DNA of 64,000 nucleotides from a virus: IMG/VR virus record IMGVR_UViG_3300028837_002886, positions 1 to 64,000 of that record; one strand, 5' to 3'. Shown piece by piece: positions 21,847 to 31,214 of this stretch (position 1 is its first letter; each line of letters starts with the position of its first letter). The notes under the pieces were generated by a model. It saw only the letters and a program-made list of their open reading frames with translations, ran no database searches and was not told where the DNA came from. The position numbers and the translations under genes were made by a program.

Positions 21847-22148
21847 TATTCAGTTCCAAACTTATTGAAATATGCTAATACAATATTTCTTTTGTTGCCT
21901 TTCAGATGTCGCCAAATATGCTCTTCATCTTTTTTTGTTGCGCGCGCGAAGGGCAACTTTTCCGGTTTCGAGAGCAGCGAATGAATCCAAATCCTTCCAA
22001 AATCATCATCACTCGTCTGCAAAGTGATATACGCCCACGTATCGTCAGAGTAGCCGTGTTTAGGCGTTCTTATCGCGAACATGAAAATCTTTTTGTGTCC
22101 ACTTAATACTTCTTCCTCTCGTTTATACCATTTATAATACTCAGCCAT
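21846..22148 (-). CDS. Small hypothetical protein, array subfamily A
   Basis: MAEYYKWY..FAIRTPK..WAYITLQTSDD..HLKGNKRNIVLAYF. Confidence 0.75.
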   Translation of the reverse strand: MAEYYKWYKREEEVLSGHKKIFMFAIRTPKHGYSDDTWAYITLQTSDDDFGRIWIHSLLSKPEKLPFARATKKDEEHIWRHLKGNKRNIVLAYFNKFGTE

Positions 22149-22431
22149 TTCGTATCTCGGTGTGATACTTAAATATATCGTCTATTAAATTGTGTTTCAA
22201 TTTAAGTCTTCGCATCGTTTTGAAAAGCTCGTCTTGTGTTTTTTTAGAAGGCTCTTTAACCAGGGACCAATATTGAGGTCCTAAAAATTGCGGACTAATG
22301 TGTCCATCATCAATCTTTGGTGTTATGACCATGGTATAACCGTGGCCGCCTTTACCCGGTACTGGCACGTTGATGGCCAGAAGGTAAAAGTTGTTTCTAT
22401 CCTGCCTATACCACTTGTAATAGTCAGCCAT
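22141..22431 (-). CDS. Small hypothetical protein, array subfamily B
   Basis: MADYYKWY..TQDELFKTMRRLKLKHNLIDDIF. Confidence 0.75.
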   Translation of the reverse strand: MADYYKWYRQDRNNFYLLAINVPVPGKGGHGYTMVITPKIDDGHISPQFLGPQYWSLVKEPSKKTQDELFKTMRRLKLKHNLIDDIFKYHTEIRNG

Positions 22432-22736
22432 TATCCAGGTCCAAACATATTAAAATATTGTACTATAAATTTGCCCTTGTTTCCTTTCAAATATCGGCCG
22501 AGATATTCTTTATCCGATTTGCATTCGCGTCGGACGATCAACTCTCTCGGGCTCACGTACTCGTCATTAATCCAAAGTCTTGATAATTCATCCTCCGATG
22601 TTTCCAAAGTGAGATACACCCACGGCTCGCGCATGTTTTTTGATTTTGGCCTTTTTATACCAAACAAGAAGGACTTTAAGTCTCGCTTTGACCCTCCTCT
22701 CCTGTCTTCTCTATACCATTTATAGTAATCAGCCAC
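22431..22736 (-). CDS. Small hypothetical protein, array subfamily A
   Basis: MADYYKWY..PWVYLTLETSED..YLKGNKGKFIVQYF. Confidence 0.75.
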   Translation of the reverse strand: MADYYKWYREDRRGGSKRDLKSFLFGIKRPKSKNMREPWVYLTLETSEDELSRLWINDEYVSPRELIVRRECKSDKEYLGRYLKGNKGKFIVQYFNMFGPG

Positions 22737-23031
22737 TTTTCATTCCATAGTATCCAAACATCTCTTCTATCAAATTGTGTTTCAATTTGAGTCTTCGCAT
22801 CACTTCAAAAAGCCTGTCTTGTGTTTCTTTCGCAGGGTAGCTAATAGCGGGCCATGGGCCGCTATCGGCCCAACCTTTAGCCGATGCGAAGTCTAAACTA
22901 ACGTACCCCTCGTTATTGGGTTTTATGACCATAGCACAAAAACGGTAGCTTATGCCTGGTCCTGGCCCTTTAAAGCCCAGAATGTAATGCTTATTTACCT
23001 CTTGCTTATACCATTTATAGTAATCAGCCAT
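22729..23031 (-). CDS. Small hypothetical protein, array subfamily B
   Basis: MADYYKWY..TQDRLFEVMRRLKLKHNLIEEMF. Confidence 0.75.
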   Translation of the reverse strand: MADYYKWYKQEVNKHYILGFKGPGPGISYRFCAMVIKPNNEGYVSLDFASAKGWADSGPWPAISYPAKETQDRLFEVMRRLKLKHNLIEEMFGYYGMKSG

Positions 23032-23295
23032 TTATTGTGACCCGTGTATTGAGAATACCTTTTTTATCGCGCGCAACTTATCTCGAGAATCGCTAAGCTT
23101 AAATTTCCGTGGCATACCTGGTTCGAGTTCGTTTACGTATGTCGGAGGTTCATATTTTCCGGCGCGCACTCGCTCATCCTCTGTAAAGTAATATATACCT
23201 AAGGATTTATAAGCCGGCCAACCTGGCAATATAAGATACCAGTACATCTCTAATCTGCTTTTTGGAGATCGAAGCCACTCGCCCGTAGGAATCAT
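23032..23295 (-). CDS. Small hypothetical protein, C-terminal motif family
   Basis: 87 aa, GAGG SD, ends KLRAIKKVF. Confidence 0.7.
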   Translation of the reverse strand: MIPTGEWLRSPKSRLEMYWYLILPGWPAYKSLGIYYFTEDERVRAGKYEPPTYVNELEPGMPRKFKLSDSRDKLRAIKKVFSIHGSQ

Positions 23296-23305
23296 TTATG
23301 CCTCT

Positions 23306-23605
23306 TCAAATATACAAATTATAATTACTAATAAAATCTTTCAACGCCCACTGTTTATGATAAGCAGCCTTTTTTTTGAAAGCTCTGACCAGTTCGTTCC
23401 CCTCGTTGCTTAGCTCATCCAGTTCGGTCACATACTTATTATTTAGGCCAAAAGCAAGGTGAAGACTGACGGCCTCAACCGCGGTGCCAGATGTTAAATA
23501 AAAATACAAGCTCGTACCATCTTTCATCTTTATGGGCGTCATGTAAACTGCTGGCCTGTTGCTTGTGGTGCCTATGGATACCCACTTTTTTAATGTTGCT
23601 TTCAC
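23306..23605 (-). CDS. Small hypothetical protein, first gene of the array
   Basis: 99 aa; GTG start overlaps the TGA at 23602-23604. Confidence 0.65.
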   Translation of the reverse strand: MKATLKKWVSIGTTSNRPAVYMTPIKMKDGTSLYFYLTSGTAVEAVSLHLAFGLNNKYVTELDELSNEGNELVRAFKKKAAYHKQWALKDFISNYNLYI

Positions 23606-25436
23606 GATGGTTTAATCGCTCCAGAGTTAAGAAATCCATCAAGTATAACAAGCGAACCGTCTACTATTGCTCGCCACACTTTACTATCGTAAAAATTCAA
23701 ACTCAAAAAACTCTCACTGCTCGGCTGACCCGTCGTAGACTCGTCGTTCTCATCATACGGCGGTGGGAATCCTGTACCATCATTGAGAATTTTGATTTTA
23801 TAACTGGTCCATCTGGAGTATTGTAAAGCCTACCGGCATCACCGGTGCCAGCATCAAAACGATGAATCTCGTATTGTGCTGTCTGCATAACCATTTTCCA
23901 CGAGATTCTTATCCTGTCTGTATACTCCATTCGACTGCAGTCAACCTCATCGGTTCTCGGCTCGCGCTCCTCATATGGTATCCTCAAAGACTCAAGCTGT
24001 TGATCCAACAAGTTTACTTTTCCTGTTAATATATCAACGCCTTGAATGGTTGCGTTGTGTTTAACTAAAGTCCCACCACTTTTGTTTAATCTCGAATCTG
24101 TCCAAAGATATCTGAGCGCTCTCAAACCAGCAAACGCACCGTTTTTTGTCGCCGGAGTAAGAGTACCGAGGATGTCGTTTCCATTAATCTCTGACGTTCT
24201 GCTGTTTATCTTTGTTTTGGAGTCGCCGGCTATAGTATTTACAGCCCCGATTTCAGCATCGCTATAGCCGGCACCGTGCGATGTAGAACTGGCAGGTAAA
24301 TGAGCAGTTAGTTGACTCGCCCAAGAGCCACTGCCGCCACCAGTTGTAACTTCGCTATAAAAATCGTTTGTCTCCGTCCAACCTATTGCAATATCCCCCG
24401 GATTGTCCCATGTTCCAGTACCACCAAGAACTTCCCATGTTGGTGTAGTCTCGCCCAAAAGTGTTATATCGCTTTTATAATAAGCTATAATATCTTCTAA
24501 AACTGGTACCAAGGCGTTAATGTCTGTTATCAGAGTCGTCATGCCATTATAGTATGTACTCAGCGCTGTTGGGAACTCCTGCCAACCTGCGCCGCCCTGA
24601 TTCGACCACCAATCACCGTTGTTAACTCTTTGATTATTAGTCCATTTGTAATAATTCTGTATAACGGCATTGTGAGGACCACCTACCCAATCTGGATTCC
24701 AGTTGCCACCTTCTTCGTGTTCCGGAACCACGGTATAATAACCTTTAAAATAATAAGTTCCAGTAGACATATTCAACGCCATTGACGCGGTTAATGTACC
24801 CAAGAATTTAACTCCATTTGCCTCGATATAGTATTTACCATTCGTCAGAGGCGGAGATCCCGCTCCAGGAATATTAACTATAACTCCTAAGTACTTAGGA
24901 GGCGTTGGCCAATCTGGATTAAGCTTCAACGTAACAGTAGAGCCCACAGGAGCGCTGTATCTTGTGCTTCCTGCTGCCCCGGAAAATATCCAGCCATTTT
25001 GTAGCTGATCGGAATAAGTAGCCAAGTTGTTTATCAGCGCCACCATGCCCGCTGTGCCGCTGCCTGATTGTTGATTGCGATACATCTGCTCGCAAAGCTT
25101 GTAAACATTCATGTCCAGATACCCTTCGGTTATTGTTGGAAAGGTATCATAATCAGGAGCTGTCATAGAAAGAATCCATGGAGAAGTACCCGAAAGGGAT
25201 GCTAATGGTCCCCATGTGCCCATGAACTTGCTGACTGTCTGACCGTTTAAATGGTTTCTTTCACCATAGTACTTTATTATAGCATTTTCTACGCCTGTGA
25301 AGAGTTCGCCATTCACCTGATCCGATTGCGCAAATGCTTCTTTCTGTTGAGTATCCATATACCAGACGCTAAATTTGTTTAATCTGGTATCTTTCTTGAT
25401 AGACTCCTTTTTTATTTGTAACTCTGTTAGTGCCAT
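23602..25436 (-). CDS. Structural protein with C-terminal FN3-like domain; frameshifted near 23790-23830
   Basis: The 577-aa ORF ends in an implausible tail. The -1 frame gives SYKIKILNDG..SSESFLS..KPS*, completing the FN3-like RISW..YEIHR and stopping in a GTGA overlap with the next gene. Confidence 0.65.
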
Positions 25437-25439
25437 TTT

Positions 25440-26960
25440 TTAACCTTTAGCTAATACTTGACCTGCGAATGGAATTGTACAAGGGCCTCCTGATGTGCCA
25501 GGAGGAGATATTATCATAGCTGTCTTGTTTAGTATATCTCCAATCGCGGCGCCTAAATCTACCAAATTTCCTATTTCAACCTTCGCGTTGCCTATTATTT
25601 TGACTTTAGCGTTGCCTATGATTTCTACGTTTGCGCTGGCGTTTACCTTGAAGTTCATGCTGTCGGATTTTGTATCATTAGCGTCTAGCCTAAATACACC
25701 CAAACTGTCCGTTATAGTAACCAACATAGGCTCTATGGTAATTGCGCCTTGTGCGTTAGCCGTACTGAGTTGCAGCAATCCCTCATTTATGTGTAGGTAT
25801 TCTTTAGTGCTGCCGCCGGTATCCAACCTTGTCATTTCAACACTACCCAATGTGTTGATTAATAAACCGGGAGTTTCGTTGTTGAATCTGAGCACTTCAA
25901 AATCATTACCATATTCATATGTTCCTGATGGATCTGAGACTTGCGGATTATCCTGCTCGTTTGCGCCGTGCAACCACATTCCACTTTGCTGCATCTTGAC
26001 GAAGTTGCCCCAATCATCTTCTAGAGAAAACACACCTGCTCCAGCGCTGCCCGTGGAAACGATAGATATTCCATCTCGAGTGGTATTAATTAAATTATTC
26101 CATATATCGCCAATATGAACACCATCATCATCCATCCAAATACTGCTATATGCAGAAAACCCTACTTCTTCTTGGGATTCATTTTTTTTCGTTACTTTTG
26201 TTCTATAAAACCACCTGGTTTCCTCATCTTGAATTCTGAAGAAATTAGAATAATTAAGATTTAGTGGATCTGTTGTATCCTCATCGTCAGCTATTTCGCC
26301 TTCAAGCATTACATCATCTTCAATAGTATAAGATTCGAAGTTGTATGTATATCCTATCGCGTAACTGTCTTTACTTGTGCGGCCTTGATTATATTTTAAT
26401 ATAGTGAACTCGTCTTCAGACAGCTTAAGTAAGTTCTCAGATTTAATCCACGTTTCTGATTCATCGCTATCTGCGCCGATATCCGTATTAGTTACATCAT
26501 TTTCCCTTGTTGGATACTGTGTCTTCCAAACTATTGTAGTCGGATCATCATCCATTTCTACGGGAAGAGATGGAATAGTATACAGAACCTCCTCGTCCTC
26601 TTCAACAGGAAACTCTTTAAGGTTCGAGCCACCCAGCCAAATAGCAGTGGCGCCATCGGCGTCGAGATATCCAACAAAGCCAACAGAGCCTATTGGTGGT
26701 ATAATATGTATACCTGAGTTTTGAGGGCCTCCCAATAAGTTTAAAACGAATGCCCACTCGTAGTTCTCATCCAGTTCGTTCACAGAGTCAAATTTAAATG
26801 TTCTTATGAGAATGCGGCCTCTGTTTTGCGGATCGTTTGTGTTTATTACTTTGCCACGATAAATGGCGTTATACTGGCCCTGGCTAAGCGTCTGCTTTTC
26901 GGTTGGCAGGTATCGCTTGGTAAGATGTTCTCTTGATGCTGGACGGACAATGGCTTCCAC
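25440..26960 (-). CDS. Baseplate spike (gp5/VgrG/gpV OB-fold)
   Basis: YRGKVINTNDPQNRGRI...WA...PPIGSVGFVGYLDAD...IWLG. Confidence 0.9.
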   Translation of the reverse strand: MEAIVRPASREHLTKRYLPTEKQTLSQGQYNAIYRGKVINTNDPQNRGRILIRTFKFDSVNELDENYEWAFVLNLLGGPQNSGIHIIPPIGSVGFVGYLDADGATAIWLGGSNLKEFPVEEDEEVLYTIPSLPVEMDDDPTTIVWKTQYPTRENDVTNTDIGADSDESETWIKSENLLKLSEDEFTILKYNQGRTSKDSYAIGYTYNFESYTIEDDVMLEGEIADDEDTTDPLNLNYSNFFRIQDEETRWFYRTKVTKKNESQEEVGFSAYSSIWMDDDGVHIGDIWNNLINTTRDGISIVSTGSAGAGVFSLEDDWGNFVKMQQSGMWLHGANEQDNPQVSDPSGTYEYGNDFEVLRFNNETPGLLINTLGSVEMTRLDTGGSTKEYLHINEGLLQLSTANAQGAITIEPMLVTITDSLGVFRLDANDTKSDSMNFKVNASANVEIIGNAKVKIIGNAKVEIGNLVDLGAAIGDILNKTAMIISPPGTSGGPCTIPFAGQVLAKG

Positions 26961-26963
26961 GCA

Positions 26964-27317
26964 TTACGCTCCTGAAGAACCTAGCACTCTAAAGGCATCT
27001 GGAATTCTGACGGTTATGCCCGAATCTAAATCTCTTACTGGATGCTCAATATTGTTTTCCTTTGCTATGACCCACCACAGTTTTGTTGTTCCATAGAACT
27101 TCAAAGAAATAAGATCTGGTCTTCCCGCTAAATACTTTTCTATAACATAATAAGTATCCTCAGGACCTTCGGGATAACTCGGTAGATTATTATATCCCAA
27201 CCCTATTCTGAAATCAGACACCACTTCGTCGTATATGATTGTATAATATTGAAAACGGTTGTAGGTATCGTATAGATTATTTTGTTTGCCCGACGTTGTT
27301 TTCTTTGTTATAGCCAT
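26964..27317 (-). CDS. Baseplate wedge protein (gp53/LysM-like)
   Basis: GRPDLISLKFYGTTKLWWVIAKENNI..P...G..VRIP. Confidence 0.9.
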   Translation of the reverse strand: MAITKKTTSGKQNNLYDTYNRFQYYTIIYDEVVSDFRIGLGYNNLPSYPEGPEDTYYVIEKYLAGRPDLISLKFYGTTKLWWVIAKENNIEHPVRDLDSGITVRIPDAFRVLGSSGA

Positions 27318-27327
27318 AGCTTACTCC

Positions 27328-30300
27328 TTAGAAAAGACCACCAATTCCACCGATTTTGTCGAGAACAGATTGTTTCAAGCTTGGGTTCTGGAGTTGTTGT
27401 TTGTATGGTAAATAGCCAGACAGGTCTGCCATGCCCTCGAAAGTGAAGATATCCTCATCTACTTCTATCATACTCAATGCGATTTTTACTATTTGATATC
27501 GTTTCGTTTCTTGATTTATTTGGCCCTCAAATGTTACCGCAACTTGATTTATAATAAACAATGGATCTATATCTGTTTTTTGGACATACTCGCCGTTTTT
27601 ATCTCTCAAGCTCACGCGCTTCTTAAAGTAATTACCGTATACCAGTCTAACTACAGCTGGTGCTGTTGCGTCTTCCCGGTGGTATTGTGGAACCACCAAA
27701 CCTCTGATAGTATTAAGAATCCAGTAGACTGTGTTTTCATCCCAACCTTGAAGGTCTTCCATGCCTTGATAATCATTAGCAAGATATCTCTCAAGCGTTT
27801 TGGCACCCGAACTCAGAATGTCCTTGTCTATAGCAGATCTAGCCAAGTCCGCAATGGTAGTTGATGCCAAATCTATGCGCTTGGCCGAATCACTGACGGG
27901 TGCTGGCTCTAATACCGCATAAGTAAGGTTCATTGACAGTGTCCTGTTTTCAGAACCTGTATATGTATAAAGACTGTTTGAGCGGCCAAGAATCTGAAGT
28001 GGCGCCCAGCTGGCCGATTTGGAATCGCCAGTGATCTCTGGAGTAAATTGAAATGGCAGTCTTGCCGGTATATTCAACGGCTCTTGGCCGCCATATCCAA
28101 CCGCGCCGCTTCCCCATGGTGTGTATTTCTTACGGCCCTTGTAAATGTGATCCTGATCTCCAGCCTCTTCGGCTATGTTCATCGGGTTGCCTTCGGCGTC
28201 TTTGATGTTGCCCTTGCTGAACACCTCCAAATAGCCGTAACCTCTCAGGCTCTTTCCGCCTATTGTTAGGACTCTAGGTTTTACTTTGTCTAGATTGGCT
28301 TCAGATGTTTTTGGAACCTTGCCAGGTTCCGCATTCTGACCTTGACTGTCACCTGGCTTGAATAAGTTTTTTATGCCGGTTTTTGCCCAATCCGCCATGG
28401 CTCCACGAGGACCCACTGGTCTGGATAATTTATTCAACGAAAAATACATGTCATAGTATGGCAAGTTCTGGCCTATGGTAAAAGGTCCGCCGTATGCTAT
28501 CCTGACTTCTTCGGGTATGTTGTTTAGGTTTCTGGGATTAACCCCTAGGCTACCAGCGGCCTCTGCTGTTGTTCTAAATCCTGGTATGTTTGTCAAATGT
28601 AAATCCAATGGAAGTTTCTTTTCAAATCCCATACCGGCTTCGGCTCTGTATGTTCTAACATAACCAGCCGCATTTCTGCGCTCATCATAACTTCTATCAT
28701 CTAGATAAGTAATGATGACCTGGTTATCGCCACTGTCTTTGGTGAGTGTGCCTTTTGGAAACGTTTCTAATGGCACGCTTTCGCCCGGTAAAATAGTCGG
28801 AGCTGGAGTCACAAACCCCGATGGATCGAATGGATACTCAGGAGCGTCCTTTGTAAAGTCTCTGTCAGGATCCTCGTTTACAGTTAAAACATCGACGGGT
28901 ATTCTTGGTGCGTCTTGTGTCCCTTTGGTCGCTCCAGCATAAGCGGCCATGCTGACATCCAGATCGACATCCAATGGGGAATGTTCATCGGGATCTTTGG
29001 CAAATGCGCTGAACACTTTTTCATTGCCTTCGGCATCCACATTCTCAACTAATGTATCATAATTAGGAGAATCTTTTATTTGACTTGCATCAGTCAACAT
29101 TGACTCTTCTGTTAGTCCAGTGAGGTTCTTTGAATAAGGATTTATTGCGGGATCTACATCTGTATTTCTTGTTATGTCCAGTTCAATTTTCGGATCCCCT
29201 TCGGTGCCTTTGACTACACTGGCATCTGGTAGCATACCTCGATCAGTCAAGCCGTTCTCGTTTTGTCCTGGAGTTATTTTTTCTTCGTGAACAGTTCTAT
29301 CTATCTGTTCTAATGGCTCAACTTGATCCAACTTGGCGTTATGCGCTCCTATCATCATACCGCCATCTTCTTGTGTGCCGGGTTTATTTGTTCCAGCCAA
29401 AGGAGTATCCAGCGGTTTGAATGTATAGTTAGGAGTTTGAGCCTCGGTTTTGATAAGAGAAGCGTCGGCCGCGTCAAATGTGTTAAATGTATCTCTTAGC
29501 CCTCCGCCCGATGTGACGCCTGTAACGTTTACTCTTCCGCTGGGACTTTCAGGTTTTGGTCTGATTTGATCTGCAGGTCCTTGTTCTTGAACGCCAGGTA
29601 TAACAGCTTCTATCTCTTCCTTTTGTGCTTCTCTTGCGGTAAACGTGTATTCGAGTTCGTTATCGCTTTTTGCAGGAGAACCAACCGTGACTGATGGTAT
29701 GCGTTCGTTAGAGGATACCGCAGGGCCTTCGATTGTTACGGCCTCCGAAAAATTGTCTGGAGATATAATAGTTGAATATCCCTGCTCCTCGCGATTGTCC
29801 ACTTGAACACGAATGTTAGTAAATAATTGTTCTAACGTTTCTGCTTTTATGCCTTTATCTGTCTGATGAAACACGTCCGTCAAATACGTATCTGTTCCCG
29901 GAGGTAGCTCAAATTCTGCATCAGCTATATTTAGTTCTTCCTTGCTGACGTGAGCAGCTACTTCCGCTACCAATGCGGCCATTACTTCTTGTGCGCTTAG
30001 TGGTTTTACGGAGCTGCTGTCCTGTGCCGGGTTGTTTCTAATATAATTCAAATCCGCTTCCAAATCTCCGCGGCTTATTGTTATAACATTTTCCTCGGTT
30101 TTTGCATTTTTATTATATATTTCTCCCAATGGCTTATCGCCATAAAGCTCCTGAATTTTGTCTCTGCTGAACTGCTCTATGTCTATAATCTTTTGATTTG
30201 CCACCACATTTTTGATGTTCTCTATAACATCATCCCAATTGATTTCCTGATCTTCTTTGTTGGTTTGTAGTTCAGAAGGAAGTATCTCTTGAAGCTCTTT

Positions 30301-31203
30301 GGCTAAGTGTTGAAGCTCTGGAATAGTCTCTTCTGTTTTAGCCAGATGTTCTACTTCTTCAACCGTCTGCTCTGTTTTCGCTTCATGTTCCGGCGTATAA
30401 ATGTCTACGAAGTCTTTTGTTAGATGCTCGTAAACGATAACATCCACTTGATCCTTGAATTGATGCGGTCTATCCTCCACATCAAGATCTTCCTTGAACT
30501 TATGTTCATCGGCTTCGGCTATCTCAACTATGGATTTTTCGTCGCCATCAGGGGACACTATTTCTATTTCTGTTTTTTCTTCACCTTCTGCAGCAGGAGC
30601 TATTTCTAATTCAGTCTTGTTGAGGTTGGCATCTGCCGTGATTGTAAGATCTGATTTTTGCTGCTCTCTTAATACATCTATTACCTCTTCCTGCTTCACC
30701 GTTCTGTCTACTACGTCAGAAAGCTGCTGCTCCGATTTGGCGCCGCGGACAACATCTTCTTCTTCTATGCTGGTCTCTGTTTTGGCGGCGTCACTTGCGG
30801 CCATGTTGATATTTCTTAGTTGTTTCCATATATAGTCGCCTGAAATGTTTGTCTCTATCTCTTCTTTTTTGGAACGCTCAGCGGCTTCGGCCACATTGAC
30901 CGTTTCTTTCTGCTCGCCTTCGGAAGCCGGTATTATTTCCTGTTCTTCTTTATTGGTTGCTTCTGGAGGTGTTACCTCTATTTCGGTTTTGCCCTCTCCC
31001 GGCGTTATAACTATGTCTTCCTGTTCCTTTTTGGTTTGTGGGCCCGCTTCACTGATGTTTTGGTCTTCTTTGATATCGCGATCGGTCGGTATACTTACAA
31101 TCTGTTCTTCTTTGCGCGCGTCTTCCGATCGATCTACTCCATCAACCGAGTAACCATAACTACCGAGATCTGGAGGAGTTGTGAGATCGTTTTCATCAGG
31201 CAT
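27328..31203 (-). CDS. Tail tube-initiator/CIS-tube-like domain fused to a ~1000-aa acidic repetitive N-terminus
   Basis: C-terminal LPFQFTPEITGDSKSASWAPLQILGRSNSLYTYTGSENRTLSMNL; located between the tape measure and gp53-like genes. Confidence 0.7.
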   Translation of the reverse strand: MPDENDLTTPPDLGSYGYSVDGVDRSEDARKEEQIVSIPTDRDIKEDQNISEAGPQTKKEQEDIVITPGEGKTEIEVTPPEATNKEEQEIIPASEGEQKETVNVAEAAERSKKEEIETNISGDYIWKQLRNINMAASDAAKTETSIEEEDVVRGAKSEQQLSDVVDRTVKQEEVIDVLREQQKSDLTITADANLNKTELEIAPAAEGEEKTEIEIVSPDGDEKSIVEIAEADEHKFKEDLDVEDRPHQFKDQVDVIVYEHLTKDFVDIYTPEHEAKTEQTVEEVEHLAKTEETIPELQHLAKELQEILPSELQTNKEDQEINWDDVIENIKNVVANQKIIDIEQFSRDKIQELYGDKPLGEIYNKNAKTEENVITISRGDLEADLNYIRNNPAQDSSSVKPLSAQEVMAALVAEVAAHVSKEELNIADAEFELPPGTDTYLTDVFHQTDKGIKAETLEQLFTNIRVQVDNREEQGYSTIISPDNFSEAVTIEGPAVSSNERIPSVTVGSPAKSDNELEYTFTAREAQKEEIEAVIPGVQEQGPADQIRPKPESPSGRVNVTGVTSGGGLRDTFNTFDAADASLIKTEAQTPNYTFKPLDTPLAGTNKPGTQEDGGMMIGAHNAKLDQVEPLEQIDRTVHEEKITPGQNENGLTDRGMLPDASVVKGTEGDPKIELDITRNTDVDPAINPYSKNLTGLTEESMLTDASQIKDSPNYDTLVENVDAEGNEKVFSAFAKDPDEHSPLDVDLDVSMAAYAGATKGTQDAPRIPVDVLTVNEDPDRDFTKDAPEYPFDPSGFVTPAPTILPGESVPLETFPKGTLTKDSGDNQVIITYLDDRSYDERRNAAGYVRTYRAEAGMGFEKKLPLDLHLTNIPGFRTTAEAAGSLGVNPRNLNNIPEEVRIAYGGPFTIGQNLPYYDMYFSLNKLSRPVGPRGAMADWAKTGIKNLFKPGDSQGQNAEPGKVPKTSEANLDKVKPRVLTIGGKSLRGYGYLEVFSKGNIKDAEGNPMNIAEEAGDQDHIYKGRKKYTPWGSGAVGYGGQEPLNIPARLPFQFTPEITGDSKSASWAPLQILGRSNSLYTYTGSENRTLSMNLTYAVLEPAPVSDSAKRIDLASTTIADLARSAIDKDILSSGAKTLERYLANDYQGMEDLQGWDENTVYWILNTIRGLVVPQYHREDATAPAVVRLVYGNYFKKRVSLRDKNGEYVQKTDIDPLFIINQVAVTFEGQINQETKRYQIVKIALSMIEVDEDIFTFEGMADLSGYLPYKQQLQNPSLKQSVLDKIGGIGGLF

Positions 31204-31214
31204 TTTATTACCTC

